Origin: Chiloscyllium plagiosum
Taxonomy: Eukaryota
Assembly (NCBI RefSeq): GCF_004010195.1
Contig: NC_057719.1
Coordinates: 49,375,336-49,396,000, forward strand
Direction: 5' to 3'
DNA: 20,665 nt
A model generated the notes under the pieces. That model ran no database searches and was not told the DNA's origin. It saw nothing but the letters and a program-made list of their open reading frames with translations. The position numbers were made by a program, and so were the translations under genes. This document shows, one piece after another, positions 9,870-20,421 of this stretch. Numbering within the stretch: position 1 is the first letter of the stretch; each line of letters starts with the position of its first letter.

Positions 9870-10490
9870 CTTGGTGGCTGCTGAAGTACACAACAGACTG
9901 CATCATGTTTCTTGAGATTCCAGCTGAGCAAACTGTAGAACTCTATCTGACTGACCAAGAAATCAGGATAACATCTTCAGAAGCTCAATGGTCAGCTCAG
10001 TGATCACTGGTATTGTCAGTGGCAGATCTGCCCTTGGCATTGTGCATGGATCCTCATCATTGTGAGTAGACGTGTTCTCAGTGGGTAGCCTTTCTCTCCT
10101 AGTTTCCCTTTCTAAAGGTGCACAGGGTGTTGGAAAAGTTGTTCCCCCTAAATGGGATTTTGATGGTATGTAGGCATTGTGCTTTCTTCTAGCAAACTAT
10201 GCATACTTCTGAAGGATTTGTTTTTGATGGTTACAGCTCAGTTACACTTTGAATGAGTGGAAATCCTTCCTGTTAATGAATGCACTGGCCGGTTTGGAAG
10301 AGTCTTGATGACACATGCAAGCGATTAATGATCAGGGAAATTCAGCAATGGCTCGATACTCAGTGGGTCACTTACTTTTTGCATGGAGGTAGTAACGCAT
10401 GTAGTCACCACCATATTGAACATGAGTTTGGTCATCTCCTTGAAGCACTGGTGGACTGCCGACTGTAAAATCCCAAATGCAATCCCTTCT
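9870..10490 (-). pseudogene. PIF/Harbinger (HARBI1-like) DDE transposase relic
   Basis: Minus-strand motifs appear in the expected order: GILQSAVHQCFKEMT, AIAEFP, FINRKDFHS (10280-10254), LSCNHQKQIL, HNAYI, LGEKGYPLRTRLLT (from 10102) and ITELTIELLKM. They correspond to GISQS.VH.CI, AGFP, NRKGFHS, HDA, LGDKGYPL and IE.TIGLLK. The catalytic aspartates are mutated and there are stops and frameshifts. Confidence 0.8.
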
Positions 10491-10599
10491 AATTTTATAG
10501 CCCCCTTTGATTCTGAACTTGCATTTTGAGGCCAGTCAAATTCCAGCCCATGATTCTACATCAGCCATCTGTTTGCTCCTTGATTACTTCTGCAGTGCA

Positions 10600-11475
10600 C
10601 TTTTTGTCCTTAATGGCCCCGAGTTTAGAGTCAAACCCAAAATCCAGACCATTAACATGACATACATTTCAACCTCCTTAGCAGTTAGCAGTCCATGATG
10701 CTCACACAACCATATTTATATCGAAGATATCTAGACCTTCACTAACTCAAAACTGTTTTTTTTTAATAACTTTGACTCTGATCCCAATGCTCCATAAATT
10801 CCTCATCAATTCTCTTGTTTGTAAGTTGACGTACACCATATTTACATTGAGTAATCACCTTTGACTGTTCAGAGCTTTATTTCCTACTCACTGTTTAATT
10901 TATGACATAAGAATCATTTCTGATATTTTTAAATCACACAATGGCCTTTCTTTATTCACACTTAATTTCTGCAATCTCCTCCAGGCCTTTTTCTCAGCAC
11001 GCACATGCTCTGTTCACTTGTGTATGTCTGCTGTTCTCTGCTCCTTTATTACTTACAAAGATTTTAGTCACTGACTCTATGTATTCTGGAATTCTCTCGC
11101 CAACTCACTGTTTAATTTATGACATAAGCATCATTTCTGATATTTTTAAATCACACAATGGCCTTTCTTTATTCACACTTGATTTCTGCAATCTCCTCCA
11201 GGCCTTTTTCTCAGTACGCACATGCTCTGTTCACTTGTGTATGTCTGCTGTTCTCTGCTCCTTTATTACTTACAAAGATTTTAGTCACTGACTCTATGTA
11301 TTCTGGAATTCTCTCGCCAACCCCGTTCATCTTGTCTTGTCTTTTACCACTTATAAGAAACACCCTCAAATTACCTCTTTGACTTACTGTAACAACTTTC
11401 TCAGTTCCTGCTTACGGTCCTTTAACCTGTTATGAAGTGCCTGAAAACATTTGTTTTGTGAAAAATGCGATTTGA
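10600..11475 (+). mobile_element. Ancient L2 LINE 3' end
   Basis: Degenerate similarity to L2 ORF2 C-terminal and tail blocks as I recall them: TTTAAATCACACAATGGCCT (FKS.HGL), TGCAATCTCCTCCAG, TTCTGGAATTCTCTC (LWNSLP), TACCTCTTTGAC (YLFD), and the tail TGAAGTGCCTG...AAATGCGAT. Confidence 0.6.
10886..11319. repeat. Direct tandem duplication, 2 x 217 bp
   Basis: Units 10886-11102 and 11103-11319 differ at 3 positions by eye. There is an AC microhomology at the breakpoint (10886-10887, 11103-11104, 11320-11321). Confidence 0.97.
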
Positions 11476-12333
11476 TTTCAATTTAAAATGTCTAACATAT
11501 TAACTAATGAAACATCTCAGTATTTTTCTTTTGCTTCTGACAGCTACACAGAATTCTTACTGAGGATTTTCATTGGTGTTATTTTAACAAACATTGTAAG
11601 TGTACAGTTATGACATAATGCCTTCTGGGGATTATACTGATATTTGATCACTTAATCTATCGAGAAAAAAAAGTGATGGCTTTAGGCTAGAAAACAGACA
11701 GCTGCTGAAAAGAGCATTAATAAGCCAGGGAAGTGTGATAGCACTTTAATATATCATTCATAAAACTGATTTATCACTCAATTTTGTCATAAGGAAGACA
11801 AATATTGGGAAGTGTTTGATTTGTAACATACATTTTAAGCCTTGCTCCTTTTATGAACTCAATTGTTCATTTATTATTTTTTTCCAATTTTTTTCTGTTT
11901 TGTTTGTAGCATTTTATCCTGAACTCTAGGATTAGGCATTTTAATATTTTAACATGTTCTTAACATATAGTTGTAAGTACCTGTCACACGTGATATTGCT
12001 AATAGATTCTCACCTTTGCTTCCTGTTGTTTTGAGGATTTACTAAAGTAGATACAAGTGAGAACAAGAAAATAATGGAAAATGGATGATATTTATTTAAG
12101 GTTTTGTTCATAGTCATTTTTCAAATACATATAACATTCCAAAATTGTATGAAGGATATTTCCCCAGCCCAAATGACCATTTGCTTAATGGTCAAGAAGA
12201 TTCTGAAACACTAGTACAACAGTGAAAAGCACACATAAATCATACTCTTTGAAGATAGAATATAAGGACTGTCAGCAGATACATCATGATGGCTTCAAAG
12301 TTAAGAGTGCACCAGACTCAACCTGATGCTACC

Positions 12334-13101
12334 AGAGTCATAGAGTCATAAAGATGTAAGGCATGGAAACATATCTTTCGGTCCAACTCGTGCATACTGA
12401 CCAGATATTCTAATCTAATGTAGTGCCATTTGCCTGCACTTGGCCCATATCCCTCTGAACCCTTCCTATTCATATACCCATCCAAATGCCTCTTAAATGT
12501 TGCAAATGTACCAGCCTCCACCACTTCCTCTGGCAGCTCATTCCATACACAGATCACCCTCTGCGTAAAAAAATTGCCCTGTAGGTCTCTTTTATATCTT
12601 TCCCCTCTCACCTTAAACCTATGCCCTCCAATTCTGGACTCCCGCATCTCAGGGAAAAGACCTTGTCTATTTATCCTATCCATACCCCTCATAATTTTGT
12701 AAACCTCTATAAGGTCACCCCTCAGCCTCCGATGCTCCAAAAAAAACAGCCCCCGCCTGTTCAGCCTCTCCCTGTAGCTCAAACCCTTCAACTCTGGCAA
12801 CATCTTTGTAAATCTTTTCTGAACCCTTTCAAGTTTCACAACATCTTTCCAATAGGAAGGAGACCAGAATTGCACGTAATATTCCAATAGTGGCCTAACC
12901 AATGTCCTGTACAGCTGCAACATGACCTCCCAACTCCTGTACTCAATGCTCTGACCAATAAAGGAAAGCATAACAAACACCTTCTTCACTAAGCTATTTA
13001 CCTGCAACTCTACTTTCAAGGAACCTTGAACCTGCACTCCAAGGTCTCTTTTCTTCAGCAACTCTCCCCAGGACCTTACCGTTAAGTGTATAAGTCCTGC
13101 T
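12334..13101 (-). mobile_element. 5'-truncated CR1 (HER1-like) LINE 3' end
   Basis: Uninterrupted ORF2 C-terminus RDLGVQV...LYRTLVRPLLEYYVQFWSP...RRLRGDLIEVYKIM...NFFTQRVICVWNELP, followed by a (CTATGACT)-type tail at 12334-12350. Confidence 0.95.
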
Positions 13102-13394
13102 GTGATTACTGGTTTACTGAAACAGATACTTATCTGAATAGCTGGGCATGTGAAGATTTTGGCTCCTCTAGAAATTACGATTGTATGATCTTGAGATGCT
13201 TTGCAGATTTCAATCCAGATGGTCATTACTACTATTATACACACTAAATAAGTAATTGTTTAATGAAGCTCTGCCTGGGAATACAGGAATCATAGCCAAA
13301 GTCTGTGATTCCTTGCAGTTTAGGAGGCACCTATATTTTAACAACTTTGGCATTTAATATTTCCTTAATATTTTCAACGCTAAATGTTAATACA

Positions 13395-13880
13395 TGGGAA
13401 TGCATGTTAATGTGGTTCAGAGAAGGTTTACTAGACTAACCCCTGGAATGAGCAGATAAAGTTATGGGTAAAACCTAGACAGGCCTAAATACTCTGAAGT
13501 TTAGAAAAGTCGGAGGTGATTTAATTGAATAGAAGATCACGATGGGACTTGACTGAGTGGACATTGAAAGGATATTCCCTCTTGTTGAAGAAACTAGAAG
13601 GGGTTATAGTTTAAACATAAGGAGTGCCCATTTGAAACAGAGATGAGGGAACATTTTTTCTCGTGGGAGGTTGTGAGTCTTTGGAATTCCCTTCCTCAAA
13701 AGGCAGTGGATGCAGAATTTGAAATGTTTATAAGGCAGAGATAGATAAATTCTTGACTATCAAGGGGATGGAAGATTATCAGGAATGTAAAGTTGAGGTA
13801 AAAATCTGATCAGCTCTGATTTTATTGAATGGCAGAGCAGGCTCAAAGGCCCTAGAGGCCTATTATTGTTCCTTGCCTGC
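13395..13880 (+). mobile_element. Old CR1 LINE 3' fragment
   Basis: VQRRFTRLTPGM, GGAGGTGATTTAATTGAA (RGDLIE), SLWNSLPQKAVDA and a 3' UTR block ATTGAATGGCAGAGCAGGCTC. Homologous to 8580-9040. Confidence 0.85.
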
Positions 13881-14239
13881 ATGCTCAGGGACATTGGCCC
13901 AGAATTTATGGGAGTTTTGATGATAAATTATTAGCATTTGCCATCACATGCAGAATAATGGGGAAGTCCTCAAACTGTGATTCGTATTCATTGCTCCATC
14001 TCAGGTTGCACTGATTTGATGAGAATTTTTATTTTCTACTTGCACATCAATCAGAAATTCCATAAAAAGGTATATACCCTATTTAAAGGGTTTTCAAACT
14101 TTTTGTGGAATTTCTAAGTGATGTCAGAGTAATAAATATGACCTCTCATCAAATCAATTGATTTCTCTGATTGCCAACCCTTTCTGGGGATAGCGGGAGG
14201 GGGAGCAATGCATTTAATATTTCCTCAACATCCTTAATG

Positions 14240-14302
14240 CCAAACATTAAGGTATTGAAAGCAGTTCAGAGAAATTTTCTAGTCTCATATCTGGAATGAG
14301 CG
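14240..14302 (+). mobile_element. Small CR1 relic
   Basis: AACATTAAGGTATTGAAAGCAGTTCAGAGAAATTTTCTAGTCTCATATCTGGAATG resembles D..ALEAVQRRFTRLIPGM (compare 13415-13450). Confidence 0.45.
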
Positions 14303-14503
14303 AGATTCTCCTCATGTTGAGATAGGCTTTGCTGGATTTCTTGCCTTAATCCATGATAAATCTTGACATAGCCCATATTGCTCAGATCTCTATTACGTTC
14401 CATGTCATACATCATGTCAGTTTTCATTGCCTTCTTGTTTTTGCTTGCTTGCACACACCATTATTGCTACCATTTCTCTGTTAATCCTGTGTGGTTTTAC
14501 TCT

Positions 14504-14850
14504 TTTTTTGTTCGTATTATGTGCATGTTGTTGGCTGGGCCAACATTATTTACTTTCTTAAGTTGCCTAGAAGGCTATTATGAGTCACCACATCGCTGTG
14601 GGTGTGGAGTCACCTTTATCCCAGACCAGGTAAGGATGTCCTTCCCTGAAAGAGCTTCAGAGAACCAGATTTTTTTTACGACAATTGACAGTGGTTACAT
14701 GGTTGCTACTAAAGCTAGATTTTTATTCCAAAATTTTTCTGTTGAATTCAGGTTTTACAACCTGTTATGGTGGGTTCAAACTCTTTTTCCCAAAACATTA
14801 GCCTGAGCTTCTGAATTACTAGAGCAGTGACATCATCACTGTCCTGCCAC
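14504..14850 (-). mobile_element. Degraded tRNA-derived SINE (same family as 3927-4706)
   Basis: The reverse complement shares CTTACCTGGTCTGG, GTGACTCCA.A.CCACAGCGATGTGG.TGACTC and CATTGTCAATTGT-like blocks with 4500-4630. T-rich tail at 14504. Confidence 0.75.
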
Positions 14851-16351
14851 ATTTTCCTGGGTATATATATCTCAAAATGGGACATTTTTTATATATGTTA
14901 TATGCTGACACAGTAAAGTAATATGTATGCCTTATTTCTGCTCTATTTTTAAAGCATGTGTTTTTTGTATCTTCTACAGATTCCCTCTATTACTCGTGTT
15001 AGGTATTTCTGTGACATAATTTTCAATTTGTACACTCCATGGTTTTAGCTTCGCTTTTCACCAGCAAATCTTACTAATCTGTCTCCATTTCAGCAATAGC
15101 TAGTGTCCAGTCCAAAATTCAGGGTTTCTTTTTAAAATTAGCACCACACCATTATTAATCTCACTGTAGTTCACATAACTAGCATCAAAAGGTTTCTAAT
15201 GGTTGATCATCTCAATGATGGTGTTACCTTTTTGTGACAGTCAGCAAAGTTAGTTAGGTCTTAAATTATCAGGAAATTATAAGTGTTGAAAGAATGTGCA
15301 CTTTTTTTTTTATCTAAACAGAAGAAATTATATAACCTAGAATTATAATTATTCTCCAAAAGAACAATAAATTAATTATTTATTTCACTGGCTAAATTGT
15401 TCTGTATCTGCAAAATGGTACCACTAATACCAAATATACTGCATGGATTGGGGAATATTTTCTTGTCTAACAGTTTTGAATGTTCATTATATACAATCTA
15501 CATATGAAGTAAAGGAAATTCAGGAGTCAGGGCTGTAATCCTAAGAAAAATGAAACTATAATTTGTTCATTACAAATGGAATTTCTGCAAGCTTAAATTG
15601 AAAAAGCAATGTACAATTCATTACAGTACATTAATTAACCTTCAGTGAGAACAGCATGTTGTTAAATAAAACAGTTCTAATTAATTACACAGTGCAGTAA
15701 TAAGTTAAATAACCTTAACCAACAAACAAAATGAATAGTTCCATTCTACTATATCTCTATGAACTACCTGGAGTTTCTTCCTGCATTTTCAAATATACAA
15801 TTATTCAAAACTTTCAGACCAAAGTGGTGCATGTCTTTTTTAAAAATTTTCATTTGGTAACTAAATGTGTAATTATTTGATAATGATACAAATTTATCCA
15901 TGTGTAACACAATGTCACACATAAGGATACTGGGTAGTATGAAGTGGAATCCCATGTGATTCTAATCTGAGATAAAACAGTAGAAATTCTGGTTGATTAG
16001 GAAAAAAAGACAGAAGATTCTGCTGGAATAAATGCCAAAAGAAGGATTCGACACCCAAAAATCACACCCAAAATCCGGGTTTATTCTAACTTGGAATGTT
16101 CTGTTGACTTAAACCAAAAATAGTTCAAATGATTTGTGGTATTGTGGTATCGTTTTCCAATCAAAATTTGGAACAGAGCCAAGGTTTTACAATATTGTCG
16201 AATTTAATGCTGGAATAACAGTTTTAGAGGATAATATTTCTCTAAACTGTTCTGGAGGTATCTATTGACTGTGAATAATTGTAAAAATTATACTTTGAGA
16301 TTATATGTGTGACTCTGTTTAGCCACTAGGAGTTTTGCTTGTGATCAATAC

Positions 16352-16978
16352 TGTCAAAAAGCTAGTCCCTTTTTTTCTAAAAGCTGTTCCTTGGCTCAAG
16401 GAGACTCTGTCCTTGATTTTCTTCAGAGGGGTAATAAACCGGGCCGGGCTCCAATCAGTCTGGTTTGGTACAGAGATGAAAAGGGTTTTGAGAGGCCTTT
16501 TGTTTACATATAAACAGATGAGACTTCAGGCCAAAGTGACCTGTATAGTAAAAGGGGCATGGTCAGCTCTCTAACTGGGCAGATTTAGTTCAGTCTTGAA
16601 CTGGTTGGAAGTTCAACAGGGGGCTATTTGGAAGCTCTCTCTCTTTCTGCCCTTCAACTTCAACCTGTAGGCATGTGTTCCATTTATACTGTTTTTTTTA
16701 AAGGGAGTTTGCTTATTGGGACTGTTGTGTATATTTGGAACAGCATAATTAAGTCTAGTTGGATAGGCTGAGATCGGTAGGGGTTCTTTATTCTGTTCTT
16801 TGTGTTTGATTGTGTAATTTTATGAATAAATTTTTTGTCTGTTTTAAAATTTGGTAGTCAACCTAGCTCTCTTATTTTGGATCATTTTCACTGTACACTT
16901 ACCGAAATAAATTGCAAAGTTATGGTCTGGGGCTGCCTGCTTAAGAATGTTTTGAGTGCTCTGGCCTCATCCATAACA
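16352..16978 (+). mobile_element. Probable solo LTR (Gypsy-type)
   Basis: A 627-bp segment bounded by TGTCA...TAACA (TG..CA), with TATA-like CATATAAA near 16507 and AATAAA at 16825 and 16906. It resembles shark LTRs as I recall them. The flanking 4-mers (ATAC/GTAG) match only 2 of 4, and no PBS or pol sequence is adjacent. Confidence 0.55.
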
Positions 16979-18884
16979 GTAGACATCAGAGATTGGGGTG
17001 TATCCTGCCGAAGCCAATGGTCAGAAAATTGTGGTCAAATTTACAATTCCAGTGGGCTAACACTTCCACCCCCCCACTCAATATTCTCAATATTCAGTGC
17101 AGAGCTGTAAGCCTTAATTTCACAGCTACCCAAACTGAACAGGAATTTAATATTACCTGAAGATCCTGATAGATTCTGCACATTGTTGGGATTCATAATC
17201 TTTCCAAAACAATGCCTGTATGATTTCTTCCTTTCAAAGCCCACAGCAGATCATTTTGCGAATATTAAATGTTTCAGCACAGCATGTTAAGGAATTGGGG
17301 CAAGTTTAAAAAGTGATGTTACATTAGTTTAAATAAGGCATTGTCTTAATGAACTAATTTTAAAATACGTTACTGGTGTCAATGCTTTGTAAAATATGAA
17401 GTAGAATAATATGTAACATAACTTTATAGCCTAAATTGTCCTGAAATAATGACTATTTCTCTACTTAATATACAAATCCTTACATGCCAAATTTTACTAT
17501 AAGAGTCCAATTTTCAGCAGAAGAGTCAGCAGGTCCATTCCTTTAGCGATAGCCTGCACTGAGGGCAGAGATTAATATCTGAAGGTTTCCTGAATACCCA
17601 TGCTAACTGAAGGTCCTGGACAAAGCATCAGTTAGCCTTCAAAAGGTTTTTGAGGTTCACTGTTAGGTCTTTGCCCCCCAGACAACAGATTTGTTTAACA
17701 CAAATTCCTATTTCCCTGTCCACTCTAGCAGAAAATATCCAGCGGCTTTGCCAAGGGGCAACAGTATTGGCACTTCATCACTGCTTTTCTGGTTCAGAGA
17801 AATGACTGGAGGCTACAGCACAATAAGGTCCTTGCATTACAACTTCTTCAAAGAATGCTGCAGCTTTTTGACCAGGCTACAATGCTCCTTTATAACTACA
17901 TTTTTGTATAATATTACATTTTAAATACACATTTTTATCAAGGCAGCCTGTAGCATCTAATTCCTAGATCATACAAACATTAAAAAAAATTCACTAAATA
18001 GCTTTTTTGGAGCAAAATAGTGACAAAAAGCTTTCATTAAGCAAAAGTGCCCTGTTATTACCTGCTCTTTTCTTAATTTTTGAGAAGAATGTGACAGACC
18101 AGGGCTTCTAATGCAAGTCTGTTTCCTCAAGGTGAGATACATTGACAGCAAGTGATTAAAGTTAACTCTTCTTTGCTTAATATTGCCACAACAGATATAA
18201 TATGTTGATAGCGATCATTTTAATGTTCTGGCATTTTGCTTTATTTTCAATGGGGATTTGAAGTCTGAAATCCTCAGGAAATCAAGGAGAATAAAACAAG
18301 ATATCTCACCTTCAGTTAGTCCTTTCTCCTCTTATCTGAACCTAAAACATCATACTGTCTAAGCAATCCCCCTTTGATCATGCATAAGACACAACCGCGC
18401 TTGAGGCACATATTAACACTAGGGAACATTAAATATCATCACAGGATTGTGACAGGCTAAAGCTTGTCAGAATTAACATTGTCTATGTAATTGACAAATA
18501 TACCACATAGCCACGTATTTGAAAGCTATTTTCAATTCTTAGCTAAATATAATAAAGTTATAAATATCATCCTGACCTCTGGTAAAAGATTTTCCATCCT
18601 TTTGTTATGATAGTAACAAATTCAGTTTATTATTTTAAGTGCTTATTTTGTTAACATAGATATTTGATGTGCTCTGATAGTGAAAGGATTGCAATCAATC
18701 AATTGTCTCTATTCTATATTTGGTGGTTGTTTGATGTAGGAAAAAATCTGACTGAAATATTGCTCCACGTGAGCACTTTGCTGTTTTAAGGGATAATTGG
18801 AAATGAGGGAAATCTCAAGCACTGTTTAGCTAATATCTTCCAGAACCGATATTAAACATTGATTACCACTAAATTAACTTATGT

Positions 18885-19050
18885 AGAATTACATAGAGCA
18901 TATAGTAAAGAAACTATTTGGCTAAACTGCTCACTACTAGTGTTCAGAAGGTTTGTTTATAAGTTGCTGAAATTTTCCACCTTCCTTCATTAACCCTGAC
19001 ACCCTATTCCTTTTTGTTTCATAATTTTCAAGCTCCCTGTAAAATCATCA
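18885..19050 (-). mobile_element. Old CR1-type 3' tail relic
   Basis: AGAATTACATAGAGCATATAGTAAAGAAAC...TTTGGC..AACTG resembles the antisense CR1 tail pattern (ATAGA..GTACAGCA..GAAAC) seen at 7752 and 12340. Confidence 0.45.
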
Positions 19051-19399
19051 CTGTATACTGACCATGATAATTGTGATCATATCTTGAAATATTACTGAAA
19101 ATTTTGCTTTGCTCCAGTGTTCCTATGATAGCAAATGATTTATGATGAGCTTGCGCCCAGTGCTATTGATGGATCCATACATCATTCAATGTCTTCACTT
19201 CCAGCTCAGCTTTCAGCCAAGTGCAACCCATGCTGCTGGCTAGCTGAATGCTAAACAGGGGACTCAGAGATTACCATGGTTAGCACATGTTCCAGATAGT
19301 CCACATCTCTTAAAGTCAGCATGCCTTTCCTAAAGCAGGCCTGTACTTGTTTGAAGGAAGCTGCTACTGACTGTCTCTGCAGGAACTAGCTGCAAAGCA

Positions 19400-20200
19400 A
19401 GAACCCAAATTGATGCAATAGGGAAAAGAGGATTGTAAGATCTTAGAGACCTTGGTCTATGCAGTGAAGAGAAGGAAGTGGGTTTCCTTGGTGAAGTCAG
19501 CGCATCTGGCTCTCAAGAAATAACCTGAGAAGGGAATGGGAGCAGATGATCATAGGGTTTACTACCGAGGGCTCACATAAAGACTTTGAAGTGGTGACAT
19601 GAGAAAAATGCAGACAGAAATACTTGGTGTACTGGCTGGCTTGCCAGACAACCATTTATCATTGTCAAGGAGGAGGGAAGATTTTACCTACAACTTGGCA
19701 TAGGGCTTCAAAAAGAACTCAGAACTAGTTGTTTCCATTCAAGATGTGATAGTCTACTCCATGAGAAGAATTGCAGACACAGCCCTGGTCAAGTAGCAAG
19801 AGATTGTTTCAGTTTACATTGTTGCACAGACTGAATCATCCAACACCTCAGTGCTGCAGGTGGGAACGCAGTTGGAATCCATAAGATCCGTGCCTGCCTC
19901 ACTACAGCCTCAAATTGCTGCCATCATGGCTACAGATACCAGTATGCAAAAGGCCTTACAAACTCACACAATAGTCCAGCAATCTGTCCTCCAACCTTCG
20001 ACTGGAAAAGTGAGAGAGACTCCATGGAGCATGAATATGCAGATGCTGCCAGACTCGCTGAGTTTCTCCAGCACTTTCTGTTTTTGCTCCAAATCCCTGA
20101 GCTCAAGTTGCTCCAGTTGGAGGCACCTCCTGCAAATGTGGTCATCCAGACTGCGAGAAGTTCCCAAACAGTGCAGGATGTGCAAATCACAAGCCAGAGC
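19400..20200 (+). pseudogene. PIF/Harbinger Myb/SANT-like DNA-binding ORF relic
   Basis: From 19443 it reads LETLVYAVKRRK and, after a frameshift, LRREWEQM, like the Myb/SANT pattern LE.LV..V..R...L......R..WE.IA. Downstream IAAIMATDTSMQKALQTHTIVQQSVLQ resembles the helical C-terminal region of such proteins as I recall it. Confidence 0.5.
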
Positions 20201-20221
20201 CCCTCAAATATACCTGAAGCA

Positions 20222-20421
20222 TATGAACATAAAAATAAGGATGCTCTGCTTCAGCAAAATGGGGCATTGGTGAAACTGCACCTCAAATATTGAGTACAGT
20301 TTTGATCTCAATGAAGATGTAAATGTACTGCAAGCTGTTCAGAGGAGGTTTACTAGATTGATACCTTGACTGTGATGAATGCCTTATGAAGTAAAATTGG
20401 GCAGGTTGAGAATTTTTTCCA
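20222..20421 (+). mobile_element. Old CR1 ORF2 C-terminal fragment, interrupted by the PLE at 20422
   Basis: EHKNKDALLQQNGALVKLHLKY*VQF...DVNVLQAVQRRFTRLIP corresponds to EYKSKEVMLQLYRALVRPHLEYCVQF...ALEAVQRRFTRLIP. Confidence 0.8.

Noticed and set aside
10941..11382. Twin ORFs MAFLYSHLISAISS... as duplicated small genes
   Set aside because: They are a by-product of the 217-bp tandem duplication within L2-derived sequence.
12318..13244. 308-aa ORF as a host gene
   Set aside because: It is the CR1 ORF2 C-terminus, extended by chance into the flank from a non-ATG start and through the tail. The RT core is absent.
14980..15002. Possible 23-nt micro-exon after the polypyrimidine acceptor TTTTTTGTATCTTCTACAG
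   Set aside because: The donor (GTATTT) is weak, the length is not a multiple of 3 and the peptide is unrecognisable. It cannot be supported without RNA-seq.
18310..18341. Possible minus-strand 32-nt exon (TTTTAG...AAG|GTGAGA)
   Set aside because: There are stop codons in all three frames and the polypyrimidine tract is short.
19851..20293. Overlapping 73-140-aa ORFs
   Set aside because: They are chance frames across a probable Harbinger relic and a CR1 fragment.
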